Shown here one piece after another: positions 1 through 8,588 of a stretch of 64,000 nucleotides of DNA. This stretch comes from Christensenellales bacterium (GTDB lineage: Bacteria; Bacillota; Clostridia; Christensenellales; CAG-917): assembly GCA_045130665.1 (NCBI GenBank), contig JBGUQC010000004.1, forward strand, positions 206,089 to 270,088, written 5' to 3'. A program made the position numbers and the translations under genes. Within the stretch, counting starts at the first letter, position 1. Every line of letters starts with the position of its first letter. A model generated the notes under the pieces. It was given only the letters and a program-made list of their open reading frames with translations, had not been told where the DNA came from and ran no database searches.

Positions 1-2394
1 ATGAATTAATCTTATTGCATCTTGTCTCATTTCTTCACTTTCTTTATCTTTATCACCATATTTTTCAAATAATTCATTTATTGTTTTCAAATTAACATCT
101 AATTCATTATTTATTTCTTTAACAATGCTTGGATTAGCATTTTTATTTTGTGTATAATTAACAGCCTTAGAAATAATCTCTGCAACAATTAATCTAGAAG
201 TATCAAAGAATAATCTTGGAGAATCAAAAATTTCAACAGATGATCTCATTTGTTTTAATTCATTCATACACTTTCTTGCTTCTACTTGATTGTCTTTATT
301 AACAAATCGTTTGCCATAAAAAACAAGATTATCCACATCATATTCAGAAATATTTATGTCTGGAGATAACTTGGCTTTTATTTCTTCTCCAATACTATCA
401 AATTCTTCTTCTGTAAATACGTGTTCAGATGGCATTTCTGCTACAATTTTCTCGAATTTTTCAGACACAGTTGTAAAATGATTCTTATCATTATTATCAC
501 TAGCTTCCGCCAATTCACGATCAATGTTTTGTTTCTTCTCTATCAATTCTTCCTTTAATTCGAGATCTTGAACATAATCTATTCTTTCATAGAATGCATC
601 CTCTAATTTTTCAAATTCAGCTCTACCATTTTCTTTTTGACCAACATATTCATATTTTCCGTTTAAAATTTGTCCATCAAGTTTAACTTCTAATTCAATA
701 TTGGAAATCATATCAACTCTAGTAGTAACAGCTAGTTTACTTCCAATTTTTGCATTATTTGGCAAATCAATAACTAAATCGAAAATTTTTCTTGGTCCTT
801 CCCAAATAGGAAGAATAACTTGTTCTCTACTATACTCATTAATCTTAAAATATTCAGTTGATTCACATGGCAATGTAACTCCAGATTCAACAATAGGGTA
901 CTTTTCAATTTGTCCTTTTTCAATATCTATAATTTCTACTGCAATTGTTTCATTTTGTACAGGTGTTGGTGCAATAATATCAATAGTGGAATTATCTTCA
1001 TTATTTACAATATTTTGGATTGTGCTATCTTCGTTGTAGAAAACAAATGAAGTAGAATCGCTATATTCTTTTTCATTAAGAATGGCCATAAATGTCCCAT
1101 CATCTTCAATATTGGTCTTAATTTCTCTTTTTGATGTTTTAATTCCAATTGAATCTAACATACCTTTAGACATTTTACCTGAAATATAAACTTGTCCATC
1201 AACAACAAAAGGCGCATTCACATCAACTAAAAGACCAATATTTTTATCTTCAATAGTATAACCTTGTGCATTAGATACCAATGCGGCACCAGCACTTACT
1301 GATAAATCTGGTTCAAAACAGGTAATATCTTTTAATTTTTCAGTAACACAATATTTCTTTTTGATAACTTCTTGAACATATGGGATTTTTGAAGAGCCAC
1401 CAACCATAATAATATGAGTAATATCTTCTAGTGATTTTCCATATTTCTCATTTAATATTTCAAGTGCCTTATCACATTCTACAAGAACATCAGTATCTAT
1501 TTTTGCTTTTATGATTTTGTTAAAATCATTTCTAGTGAATTTTTCAATATCAAGATCCCTACATGATAAATCTTTAAAAATATCTTGGTAATGAATTTCA
1601 ATAGACTCTTCATCAGATAATTTCTTTTTAGTGTTTTCAGCTAAAAGCATTAGCAATTTAAATTTTGAATTGGCAACATCTGCTTTAACATCAGATACAT
1701 CATATCCAGCATTCTTTAAATATTTAAGGAAATGTCTTGCAAGTAATAAATCAAAATTATCACCACCCAAAAAATTATTACCTGCAGTAGCTAATACTTG
1801 AGGAACATTACCAGTTTTTTCTAAAATAGAAACATCAAATGTTCCTCCACCCAAATCAAACACAAAGAATAATCCATTCTCTACATTGTTTTGAAGTGCA
1901 TAATTAATAGCTGCAGATGTAGGTTCCTCTAATAACATTGTTACCTCAAGTCCAGATAATTCTCCAGCTTTTCTGGTTGCATCTTTCTGTGCCAAACTAA
2001 AATATGCCGGAACAGTAATTACAACTTTATCATATACGACTGATTCATCTTTTTTTATTGTTTTTTCTAAACACTCTTTACAATATGATATAATCTTAGA
2101 CGAAATGACTTCTGGCGTATAATCTACATCACCATATTTATAAGATATGTCTTTACCCATATCCCTTTTTACTGATTTTTTCGAATTAGGGTTTCCACTA
2201 TAAAATTCGTTCTTAGCAAGTGTACCTATAATTTCCTCACCTTTTTTTCTATTAGAAATTGCGAAGAAAGAAGGTATCGTTTTATTTTTTCTAATTTTAT
2301 CTTCTTCAGCAAAAACTACTTTGCCATTTAAAACAACCGATGCTGTACTATTTGTTGTTCCCAAATCCAAACCAAAACTTTTGTGAATAATCAT
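1..2394 (-). CDS. Atypical Hsp70/DnaK-family ATPase; 3' end runs off the window (>=798 aa)
   Basis: Absent from the ORF track (no stop in window), but the frame is open from ATG 2394 to base 1. My translation: MIIHKSFGLDLGTTNS, VITVPAYF, DLGGGTFDVSIL, MVGGSSKIP (Hsp70 NBD motifs), then an SBD-beta-like segment and a helical tail. SD GGGGAG lies upstream. Confidence 0.85.
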   Translation of the reverse strand, partial: MIIHKSFGLDLGTTNSTASVVLNGKVVFAEEDKIRKNKTIPSFFAISNRKKGEEIIGTLAKNEFYSGNPNSKKSVKRDMGKDISYKYGDVDYTPEVISSKIISYCKECLEKTIKKDESVVYDKVVITVPAYFSLAQKDATRKAGELSGLEVTMLLEEPTSAAINYALQNNVENGLFFVFDLGGGTFDVSILEKTGNVPQVLATAGNNFLGGDNFDLLLARHFLKYLKNAGYDVSDVKADVANSKFKLLMLLAENTKKKLSDEESIEIHYQDIFKDLSCRDLDIEKFTRNDFNKIIKAKIDTDVLVECDKALEILNEKYGKSLEDITHIIMVGGSSKIPYVQEVIKKKYCVTEKLKDITCFEPDLSVSAGAALVSNAQGYTIEDKNIGLLVDVNAPFVVDGQVYISGKMSKGMLDSIGIKTSKREIKTNIEDDGTFMAILNEKEYSDSTSFVFYNEDSTIQNIVNNEDNSTIDIIAPTPVQNETIAVEIIDIEKGQIEKYPIVESGVTLPCESTEYFKINEYSREQVILPIWEGPRKIFDLVIDLPNNAKIGSKLAVTTRVDMISNIELEVKLDGQILNGKYEYVGQKENGRAEFEKLEDAFYERIDYVQDLELKEELIEKKQNIDRELAEASDNNDKNHFTTVSEKFEKIVAEMPSEHVFTEEEFDSIGEEIKAKLSPDINISEYDVDNLVFYGKRFVNKDNQVEARKCMNELKQMRSSVEIFDSPRLFFDTSRLIVAEIISKAVNYTQNKNANPSIVKEINNELDVNLKTINELFEKYGDKDKESEEMRQDAIRLIH

Positions 2395-2569
2395 AAAAAC
2401 GCTCCCCTAATTATCTATTTATTTTGTCCAAAAATAATGCCACTAATTTTAAATCTTATCTTAAATAATTATATTTTTGCCATTAGCAATAATACCAGTT
2501 ACTTATTAAGATATAAAAAGTTTATCATATATGTACAAATAAATCTAGATGTGATTTAGGTTAAGAAAT

Positions 2570-2761
2570 TTAATCTTCCCAAGGATACTTATTAGTGTTT
2601 AAATTATCTGTATCTGTGTTGTCATTATTTATGTATGGATTAGGATAATACTTGTCATAAAAGGTTGGATTAGGCGCAGACATTCTCTGGCTCATATCGA
2701 CATCATCATCAAAGTATAATGCATCAAATTCTGGAGTTCCCATAATATCATCATCTAACAT
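2570..2761 (-). CDS. Small acidic D/N/Y/P-rich hypothetical protein (63 aa from the internal ATG)
   Basis: ORF 2570..2803. The ATG at 2761 (MLDDDIMG...) is preceded by AGAGGTG; no Cys, no TM, no recognisable domain. Confidence 0.45.
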   Translation of the reverse strand: MLDDDIMGTPEFDALYFDDDVDMSQRMSAPNPTFYDKYYPNPYINNDNTDTDNLNTNKYPWED

Positions 2762-2822
2762 ATTTTCACCTCTTATTTTAACTTTATCTACGCAAATTAA
2801 CACTTAAAGTGCCGTTTGCATC

Positions 2823-3494
2823 CTAAAAGTCCACCTTCTCTAACCTTGCTGCAGAGACCTTATATACAACAAAATGTAATACACCTGAGATAACTATAGC
2901 ACCAGCTAATAAAGCAAACTGTATACCTAAGGAACTATCACAAAGGAACTTAACATAACCCTCACATCCTGGTGCCAATGGAATACCAAGCGTGAATATA
3001 CCAAGATATACAACAAAGCCTAGTATCGTTAAAAGCGTTGAAGCCACTATAGACTTCCCTTTCTTGTAATATATAGGCATGTATATAAGATCTGCTAAGG
3101 CATACCCAATTATTGCAATTGCAAGTATGGATACATAACCATTAATTCCAAGTCCTGGATTACTTGTTCCAGTATTCTTTTGTATTATCATAGCAACAGG
3201 AATTAGACAAGACATAATAGCCATAAATGCAACTTGCATTACAATTACAGTTATTATCCTTGCAAGAACTATGTCCTTCTTTCTAACTGGCAATAGCGTT
3301 GAATATAATAAGTCATTACTCTGTTGTCCTTTATTAGCACCAAGGAATAATATTGGATAACAACTCAATATGTATATGAACCCAACTGCAATAGGATAAC
3401 TAGGAATTAATACCATTAATGGGAATAAGACTATAAATATGTAGCAAATAGGATGCATTGCTAATTTGAATTCTTTATAAAGTAAAGCTTTCAT
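2823..3494 (-). CDS. ABC-2 type transporter permease
   Basis: 223 aa, about 6 hydrophobic spans. Overlaps the upstream ATPase gene by 20 nt, the typical ABC-2 ATPase/permease pairing. Confidence 0.7.
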   Translation of the reverse strand: MKALLYKEFKLAMHPICYIFIVLFPLMVLIPSYPIAVGFIYILSCYPILFLGANKGQQSNDLLYSTLLPVRKKDIVLARIITVIVMQVAFMAIMSCLIPVAMIIQKNTGTSNPGLGINGYVSILAIAIIGYALADLIYMPIYYKKGKSIVASTLLTILGFVVYLGIFTLGIPLAPGCEGYVKFLCDSSLGIQFALLAGAIVISGVLHFVVYKVSAARLEKVDF

Positions 3495-4344
3495 TGTTCT
3501 TACTCCTTTCTAAATATACCATGATTTGCTCTAAATCTGGTTCTTTAGGCTCTAATCCATTCTTAATAAATACATCCTTATTCTCTACACTAATTAATCC
3601 TTCTATATAATCATCTAATTCCTTACATGCAATATAACTCTTCTCTAATTCCTTGTTCTTTCCCTTGTCTGTAACAAATAAGTAACCACTAACAAAGTCT
3701 TTCTTTGTTCCAGTATAAAGAATTGAACCATCATGGATATATGTTATATTACTTGCACACTTATCTAAATCACTTGTAATGTGTGTTGAAAATAATATCG
3801 CTCTATCCTTATTCTTCACTATCTCTCTAAATATATCCAATATCTCATCTCTTGAAACAGGATCTAGACCGCTTGTAGGCTCGTCTAAGATAAGTAACTC
3901 TGCTTTATGGGATAATGCAATAGCCACTGAGTACTTAACCTTCATACCGCTAGAGAGTTCCTCTAGCTTCTTGTCTATATCTAAATTAAAAAGCTTACAT
4001 ACATCATTGAATTTGTTTTCATCAAAGTTCTTATAAAATCTCTTTGTAACATTCATCAGCTGACGTATTGTTCTATTTGGATAATAGTTAAGTTCACTTA
4101 GTGCAAAACCTATTCTTTGCTTATTCTCTAATTCATTCTTAGACATATCCGTACCAAATACAGTAACGGAGCCACTATCATAATGAATTAGGTTCATGAT
4201 GCTCTTCAATGTTGTAGTCTTACCAGCACCATTTCTTCCTATAAATCCCATAATTTCCCCTGCATTAACAGTAAAAGAAACATCTTTCAAGGAAAATGCT
4301 GGATACCTCTTTACTAAGTTTTCTATCTTTAAAACTTCACTCAT
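3475..4344 (-). CDS. ABC transporter ATP-binding protein
   Basis: Walker A GRNGAGKTT, signature LSSGMKVK, Walker B LLILDEPTSGLD. Confidence 0.9.
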   Translation of the reverse strand: MSEVLKIENLVKRYPAFSLKDVSFTVNAGEIMGFIGRNGAGKTTTLKSIMNLIHYDSGSVTVFGTDMSKNELENKQRIGFALSELNYYPNRTIRQLMNVTKRFYKNFDENKFNDVCKLFNLDIDKKLEELSSGMKVKYSVAIALSHKAELLILDEPTSGLDPVSRDEILDIFREIVKNKDRAILFSTHITSDLDKCASNITYIHDGSILYTGTKKDFVSGYLFVTDKGKNKELEKSYIACKELDDYIEGLISVENKDVFIKNGLEPKEPDLEQIMVYLERSKNNESFTL

Positions 4345-4568
4345 TTAACAATCTCTCCATTAAGGATAAATGCATTATCTTTATTATTCTCAATTAATGT
4401 ATCCACGACATCACTTTGCCAATTCTTTGGATCTACTTCCTCAATTGCAATTGTTATTGCCTCTGGTGCACATCCCCATTCTTTAATAAAAATGTTATTA
4501 ATCTCTTGTGCTACTTTTTTCTTTGTTTCAATATCCTTTGGATATCCTTTTATATTAATATAAGGCAT
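4341..4568 (-). CDS. 4-oxalocrotonate tautomerase family protein
   Basis: 75 aa starting MPYINIKG (Pro after Met) with a beta-alpha-beta length and pattern. SD AGGAGA; ATGA overlap with the ABC ATPase start. Confidence 0.65.
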   Translation of the reverse strand: MPYINIKGYPKDIETKKKVAQEINNIFIKEWGCAPEAITIAIEEVDPKNWQSDVVDTLIENNKDNAFILNGEIVK

Positions 4569-4587
4569 AATAATCTCCTATTTTATA

Positions 4588-4600
4588 TTTTTTCTCCCCA
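4588..4600. repeat. 13-nt motif copy 1 (TTTTTTCTCCCCA)
   Basis: Direct repeat of the copy 20 nt downstream, and an inverted copy of 5746..5758. Confidence 0.8.
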
Positions 4601-4607
4601 TATATAC

Positions 4608-4620
4608 ATTTTTCTCCCCA
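4608..4620. repeat. 13-nt motif copy 2 (ATTTTTCTCCCCA)
   Basis: Exact reverse complement of 5746..5758 (TGGGGAGAAAAAT). Confidence 0.85.
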
Positions 4621-4656
4621 TTTTGCCAGCAATTGGGGACAAACATATACTAAAAC

Positions 4657-5703
4657 TTATTTTAACCTAATATAATATGTTGTTCTTCCGCTACCCATTT
4701 TTTTAACTTCACCCAAATTGCATAATTCTAGCAAACTTCTTTCAATGCTAGTTGAACTTAATGATGGTGCAAGTTCCATAATATCTCGTTTTGTAAATTT
4801 ACCAATTTTATTATTTATTGCTTGTTTTACAACTTCAATGGCAGGTTTCTTTTCTTTAACTAGTTCCACTCTTTCTTCAAAATCTTTATATGCACTTACA
4901 ATTGTACCTAAAAGATATTTTACAAATGGAGTAGGATCGTCCTTATTATCATGCCAATTCTTTTGAGATTCAAATAATGCATTATAATATAAATCCTTAC
5001 TTTTAGCTATCTTCGCTTCTAATGAAATGTATTTTCCAACATAGAATCCAGATCTATATAACAAAAGAGTTGTAAGTAATCTTGACATTCTCCCATTACC
5101 ATCAATAAATGGATGAATACACAAAAAGTCATGAATAAAAATTGGTATTAAAATAAGTGGATCAATAACCCCTTCTCCAATCGCTCTATTATATTCTTCA
5201 CATAAATCCTGCATAGCCATTGGCGTTTCAAACGGTGACAATGGTGTAAATAAGGTATAACTTTTACCATTTGCATCTGTAGCACTAATATAATTTTGAA
5301 CGTTTTTAAATTTACCGCCATATGAAGAAGCAGCATGTGAAAGTAGAATACCATGAAGTTGTAATATGAAATTAGATGTTACAGGGATAGCATCAAAACT
5401 ATCATGAACTATGTTCAATGCATCTCTATATCCTGCAATTTCTTCTTCTGCTCTATTCTTAGGAGTGGTTTTTTCATTTACGATTTGTCTTAACCTAGTA
5501 TTAGTTGTTTTAATACCCTCAATTTCATTCGAGGATTCAGTACTTTGAATTTTGGCAATTTCAACTAATTTTTCTAACTCTTCCGGTAATTGTTTTAAAT
5601 ATAATTGTTGTTTACCTTTTTCTTCATGGATAATAGATAGATAATTTACAATGGTATTATCCCATTTTACATTCTTTAACTTATTATAATTAAATACCTT
5701 CAT
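4657..5703 (-). CDS. Fic family protein (AMPylase-type) with N-terminal inhibitory motif and C-terminal winged-helix-like tail
   Basis: Fic motif HPFIDGNGRMSR and an upstream S-x-x-x-E-G motif (SNEIEG). The longest ORF starts at TTG 5733, inside the predicted -10 box; ATG 5703 (MKVFNYNKL) has a GGTGGTGG SD. Confidence 0.9.
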   Translation of the reverse strand: MKVFNYNKLKNVKWDNTIVNYLSIIHEEKGKQQLYLKQLPEELEKLVEIAKIQSTESSNEIEGIKTTNTRLRQIVNEKTTPKNRAEEEIAGYRDALNIVHDSFDAIPVTSNFILQLHGILLSHAASSYGGKFKNVQNYISATDANGKSYTLFTPLSPFETPMAMQDLCEEYNRAIGEGVIDPLILIPIFIHDFLCIHPFIDGNGRMSRLLTTLLLYRSGFYVGKYISLEAKIAKSKDLYYNALFESQKNWHDNKDDPTPFVKYLLGTIVSAYKDFEERVELVKEKKPAIEVVKQAINNKIGKFTKRDIMELAPSLSSTSIERSLLELCNLGEVKKMGSGRTTYYIRLK

Positions 5704-5732
5704 TTTCCACCACCAATGTTGTTTTCTCACCA

Positions 5733-5761
5733 ATTATATAAATTTTGGGGAGAAAAATCAA
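5733..5761 (-). promoter_or_regulatory. Putative sigma-70 promoter of the Fic gene (TTGATT-17-TATAAT)
   Basis: Read on the minus strand: TTGATT tttctccccaaaattta TATAAT. The 13-nt motif fills the spacer. Confidence 0.45.
5746..5758. repeat. 13-nt motif copy 3 (TGGGGAGAAAAAT), inverted relative to copies 1 and 2
   Basis: Exact reverse complement of 4608..4620; lies between the -35 and -10 of the Fic promoter. Confidence 0.85.
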
Positions 5762-5785
5762 GAATAAATCGGAAGAAAAAACATT

Positions 5786-5802
5786 TTCCACAACTTGTGG
5801 AA
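5786..5802. promoter_or_regulatory. Perfect 8-1-8 palindrome TTCCACAAcTTGTGGAA (candidate operator)
   Basis: Inverted repeat read directly, about 25 nt upstream of the Fic -35 box. Confidence 0.35.
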
Positions 5803-5873
5803 TTATTTACTATCCACTTTTACTTCAGTTGTCTACAAAATGTAAGCAACTGAAATGAGGTGTTATATAAATA

Positions 5874-5905
5874 TAAAAAAAGCCTTGATTTCTCAAAGCC
5901 TTTTT
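5874..5905. terminator. Hairpin flanked by A-run and T-run (bidirectional terminator-like)
   Basis: aaaaaaaGCCTTGAtttcTCAAAGCcttttt, with one mismatch in the stem. Confidence 0.5.
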
Positions 5906-5987
5906 ATTTAATTAAATTATATCTTAGTCAAGCCCAAGTTCATATAATAAATCGCTAACTAGTAACATAATCTTACCTCTTTTATCT

Positions 5988-6179
5988 TTATTTGATTACA
6001 TCATCAACCATCTCAAAACCGTGCCCGTTTTTGTCGTTTAAAGACTTGTCTATGTCTTTTTCAGGTAATACTAAATCCTCTTTTTGCTTCGTGTAAGACT
6101 CGTAACCAAATTGAAATGCTTCCTGCATTAATGACTTAAATCCTTTAATATGCTCTTTTTGTAATTCAACTAGCCTCAT
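5988..6179 (-). pseudogene. N-terminal remnant of a GNAT-type acetyltransferase
   Basis: MRLVELQKEHIKGFKSLMQEAF...GFEMVDD resembles a GNAT N-terminus but stops after about 63 aa. Downstream there is only a 14-codon ORF and a terminator. Confidence 0.45.
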
Positions 6180-6251
6180 TTCCCCTGTCTCCATGTGAAA
6201 TAATATTTATATATTATAATATATTTCGCTTGAATACACCTTTAATAAAGC

Positions 6252-6278
6252 AAAAAGCCTCGGATTGTTCCAAGGCCT
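6252..6278 (-). terminator. Rho-independent terminator after the two-component operon
   Basis: Minus strand: GCCTTGGAacaaTCCGAGGC followed by TTTTTGC. Confidence 0.6.
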
Positions 6279-6433
6279 TTTGTCTCTTAAGGGGGGATTA
6301 TGATAAATCTTTAGAAATCTAAAGATAAATCCTTTAAAAATTTAATAGATTTTTCCTTTTATATCTTCACTATAACAAACAAAGTGCAACAATCGTGCCA
6401 CAGGAATAATAAATTATTCAAAAAAATTTTAAA

Positions 6434-7201
6434 TTATCTAAAATCGCTCTCAAATATTGCCCATGAATATTGAATCATGTACTCCCCACGATACATTCTT
6501 ATCGCGTCAGGATTACCTCTCTTGTATTCATAAGCATCACAATCAATTTTGTCTATATCAACATAACATTCGTTGTATCTCTTCACAAAAACGTCACTTG
6601 CATTAACACTAGCTAAGGTTGTTTGGATGTCAGCAATTAAATTTCTTAAATGGGATTTGTGATCTTCATCCCAAAGTACAGCGTTTAATTCGTTAATGTT
6701 AATTGCAGCTCCTTCCCTGTCTACTAAATATGCAAATAATTCCTTGGATTTGCTTCTTTGGAATCTTAAAGGTTGGCCATCATAAAATACCTCAAAATTA
6801 CCAAAGCATTTTACCTGGATTTTATGGGTATGTTGTAAAGAAACCTGATATCTAAGGCCTGCAATTTCATCTTTTATCTTACTTTCATTAACTGGTTTTG
6901 TTATGTATCCAGATGCATGAATTCTGTATGCTTCAAGTGCATAATCGTCATACGCTGTAACAAAAATAACATTAACAAGTGGATTAACTTTTTTAATCTT
7001 TTTTGCAAGCTGTATACCGTTAATTTGAGGCATTTCTATGTCTAAAAAAGCTATATCAAACTTGGTGTTTAAATTCTCTTCATAAGCAAGAACAGGGTTT
7101 GTGTATGTGTAAAATTCACTATCCTCTGGTAGTGCTTTCTTTGCTGCATTTGTTATACGAATTAACTGCAACTCTTCATCATCAACTAGTAAAATTTTCA
7201 T
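6434..7201 (-). CDS. Response regulator: receiver domain + OmpR/SARP-like winged-helix output
   Basis: KILLVDDE, FLDIEMP, KP motifs; C-terminal CFGNFEVFYDGQPLRF..SKELFAYLV. ATG 7201 is preferred over GTG 7207 (AGGTG SD). Confidence 0.85.
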   Translation of the reverse strand: MKILLVDDEELQLIRITNAAKKALPEDSEFYTYTNPVLAYEENLNTKFDIAFLDIEMPQINGIQLAKKIKKVNPLVNVIFVTAYDDYALEAYRIHASGYITKPVNESKIKDEIAGLRYQVSLQHTHKIQVKCFGNFEVFYDGQPLRFQRSKSKELFAYLVDREGAAININELNAVLWDEDHKSHLRNLIADIQTTLASVNASDVFVKRYNECYVDIDKIDCDAYEYKRGNPDAIRMYRGEYMIQYSWAIFESDFR

Positions 7202-7207
7202 ATGCAC

Positions 7208-8470
7208 CTACTTTGCAAAAGTTACAATAACCTCTGTTCCTTCATTAATAACACTATTTACAGAAATGTCTCCATGACACATAGTGTCAATTCTGTATTT
7301 AATATTGTTTAATCCAAAGTGTTGGTTGTTGGTGAAGTCTACATCTTCAATATTGAATCCTACACCGTCATCCTTTATGTCTACAACATAATAGTTGTTA
7401 TTTTCATATGTTTTAATGATTAATGTACCACCCTCTATCTTCTTTAGTATACCATGTTTAATTGCATTCTCAACAATAGGTTGTATACAAAGTGGTGGTA
7501 TAGAGAAATCTTCCACTTGAATGTCATAAATGACATTAATTCTGTCTTTGAAACGCATTTGCTCTAAAGCAATATATGTCTTAATGTGCTTAAGCTCGTC
7601 TTTAAAGTCTATTAGCTTTGTAGCTGTAAGTGAAGATAAATTGTGTCTTAAATACTCGGTAAATCTATCAAGGGCTTCTTGCGCCTTGTCTGGATCTATA
7701 GTAATAAGGGTTGAAATTGCAGATAATGAATTGTAGATAAAATGTGGCTGAATTTGAGATAGCATTAACTTAATCTGCGCTTCCTTGTTCTTCTCTTCTT
7801 CTCTAGTTAAAGCAATATTCTTTTGTACGTTTAAGAATAAGAATAATACCTCAACAGCAAATATAATGGATAAATACGCTATAGCGTATCCTTTAAATGC
7901 ATTTTGTAAAAATATTGCAATTAGTGGTAAAACACAATAAGTTGCAAATGCTGTTTTTTCACGCAAATTTAGTTTCTTGTTAAATACCGTCACAACAAAT
8001 ACAATTACAAACATAACAAGTTGATATCCTTGTGAGATAATCATTGTCTTTGCTCTTATATATTCCCCATCACTTGCAGTAAAGAAAATTCCTGTGAAGA
8101 TATTTACAATATCTAGTATTATAAAACTGAAGAATAAAGATATATTCAAAATAGATAATGCTTTAATTGTTTTGGTTTCTAAATCTACATAATTAAGCAT
8201 GTATCTAAACAACAATAATACTTCTAAATTGTTCATAATGTAGAAGATTGTGTAGAATGCAATGACATAAGCATTGCTAGTATAAACTGTCTTAATGGCT
8301 GTAAATGTTAAATATGTGGCAAAGTGTATAGATGTAAAAATTAGGAAATCTAAGAGTAATCTTTCATCTTTTCTTCTCTCTTTTTTAATCAAAATGTTAA
8401 TGATATGTAACAAGAATATAACAATTCCTATGGTACATACAGACATATTAAAAACAACATTATAACCCAT
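7208..8470 (-). CDS. Membrane sensor histidine kinase, LytS/YesM-type (His_kinase PF06580-like + HATPase_c)
   Basis: About 6 TM segments, H-box QIQPHFIYNSLSAIS, N-box ENAIKHG, G-box DDGVGF. Confidence 0.85.
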   Translation of the reverse strand: MGYNVVFNMSVCTIGIVIFLLHIINILIKKERRKDERLLLDFLIFTSIHFATYLTFTAIKTVYTSNAYVIAFYTIFYIMNNLEVLLLFRYMLNYVDLETKTIKALSILNISLFFSFIILDIVNIFTGIFFTASDGEYIRAKTMIISQGYQLVMFVIVFVVTVFNKKLNLREKTAFATYCVLPLIAIFLQNAFKGYAIAYLSIIFAVEVLFLFLNVQKNIALTREEEKNKEAQIKLMLSQIQPHFIYNSLSAISTLITIDPDKAQEALDRFTEYLRHNLSSLTATKLIDFKDELKHIKTYIALEQMRFKDRINVIYDIQVEDFSIPPLCIQPIVENAIKHGILKKIEGGTLIIKTYENNNYYVVDIKDDGVGFNIEDVDFTNNQHFGLNNIKYRIDTMCHGDISVNSVINEGTEVIVTFAK

Positions 8471-8535
8471 CTTCTACCCTTCTAGCTTCTAATAAAATAA
8501 TTATAAAATATTTCTAACCTTATTTTCAATAAATA

Positions 8536-8565
8536 ATAAAAAAACCACCTATTTCTAGATGGATT
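8536..8565 (-). terminator. Rho-independent terminator after the LRR gene (copy A of the duplicated terminator)
   Basis: Minus strand: CCATCTAgaaaTAGGTGG then a T-run. The 20-nt core 8545..8564 is identical to 9328..9347. Confidence 0.7.
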
Positions 8566-8588
8566 TTTTTTAACTATTTTAAATGCTT

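Noticed and set aside
701-1039. 112-aa TTG-initiated plus-strand ORF, the only ORF the track reports in 1..2394
   Set aside because: It is antisense to the open Hsp70 frame, which has unmistakable NBD motifs. The Hsp70 ORF was omitted from the track only because it has no stop inside the window.
4657-5733. N-terminal extensions of longest ORFs starting at TTG/GTG (5733, 7207, 29887, 30393, 42876, 46017, 55470, 63241)
   Set aside because: In each case a downstream ATG has a proper SD and/or the extension overlaps the upstream gene or promoter. The shorter starts are reported instead (46017 remains uncertain).
6291-6330. G6 tract followed by an ATCTTTAGaaatCTAAAGAT palindrome in the GNAT/two-component intergenic region
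   Set aside because: The only ORF after the G-rich SD-like tract is 4 codons, and the palindrome has no flanking promoter or T-run. The evidence is insufficient for a phase-variable or regulatory call.
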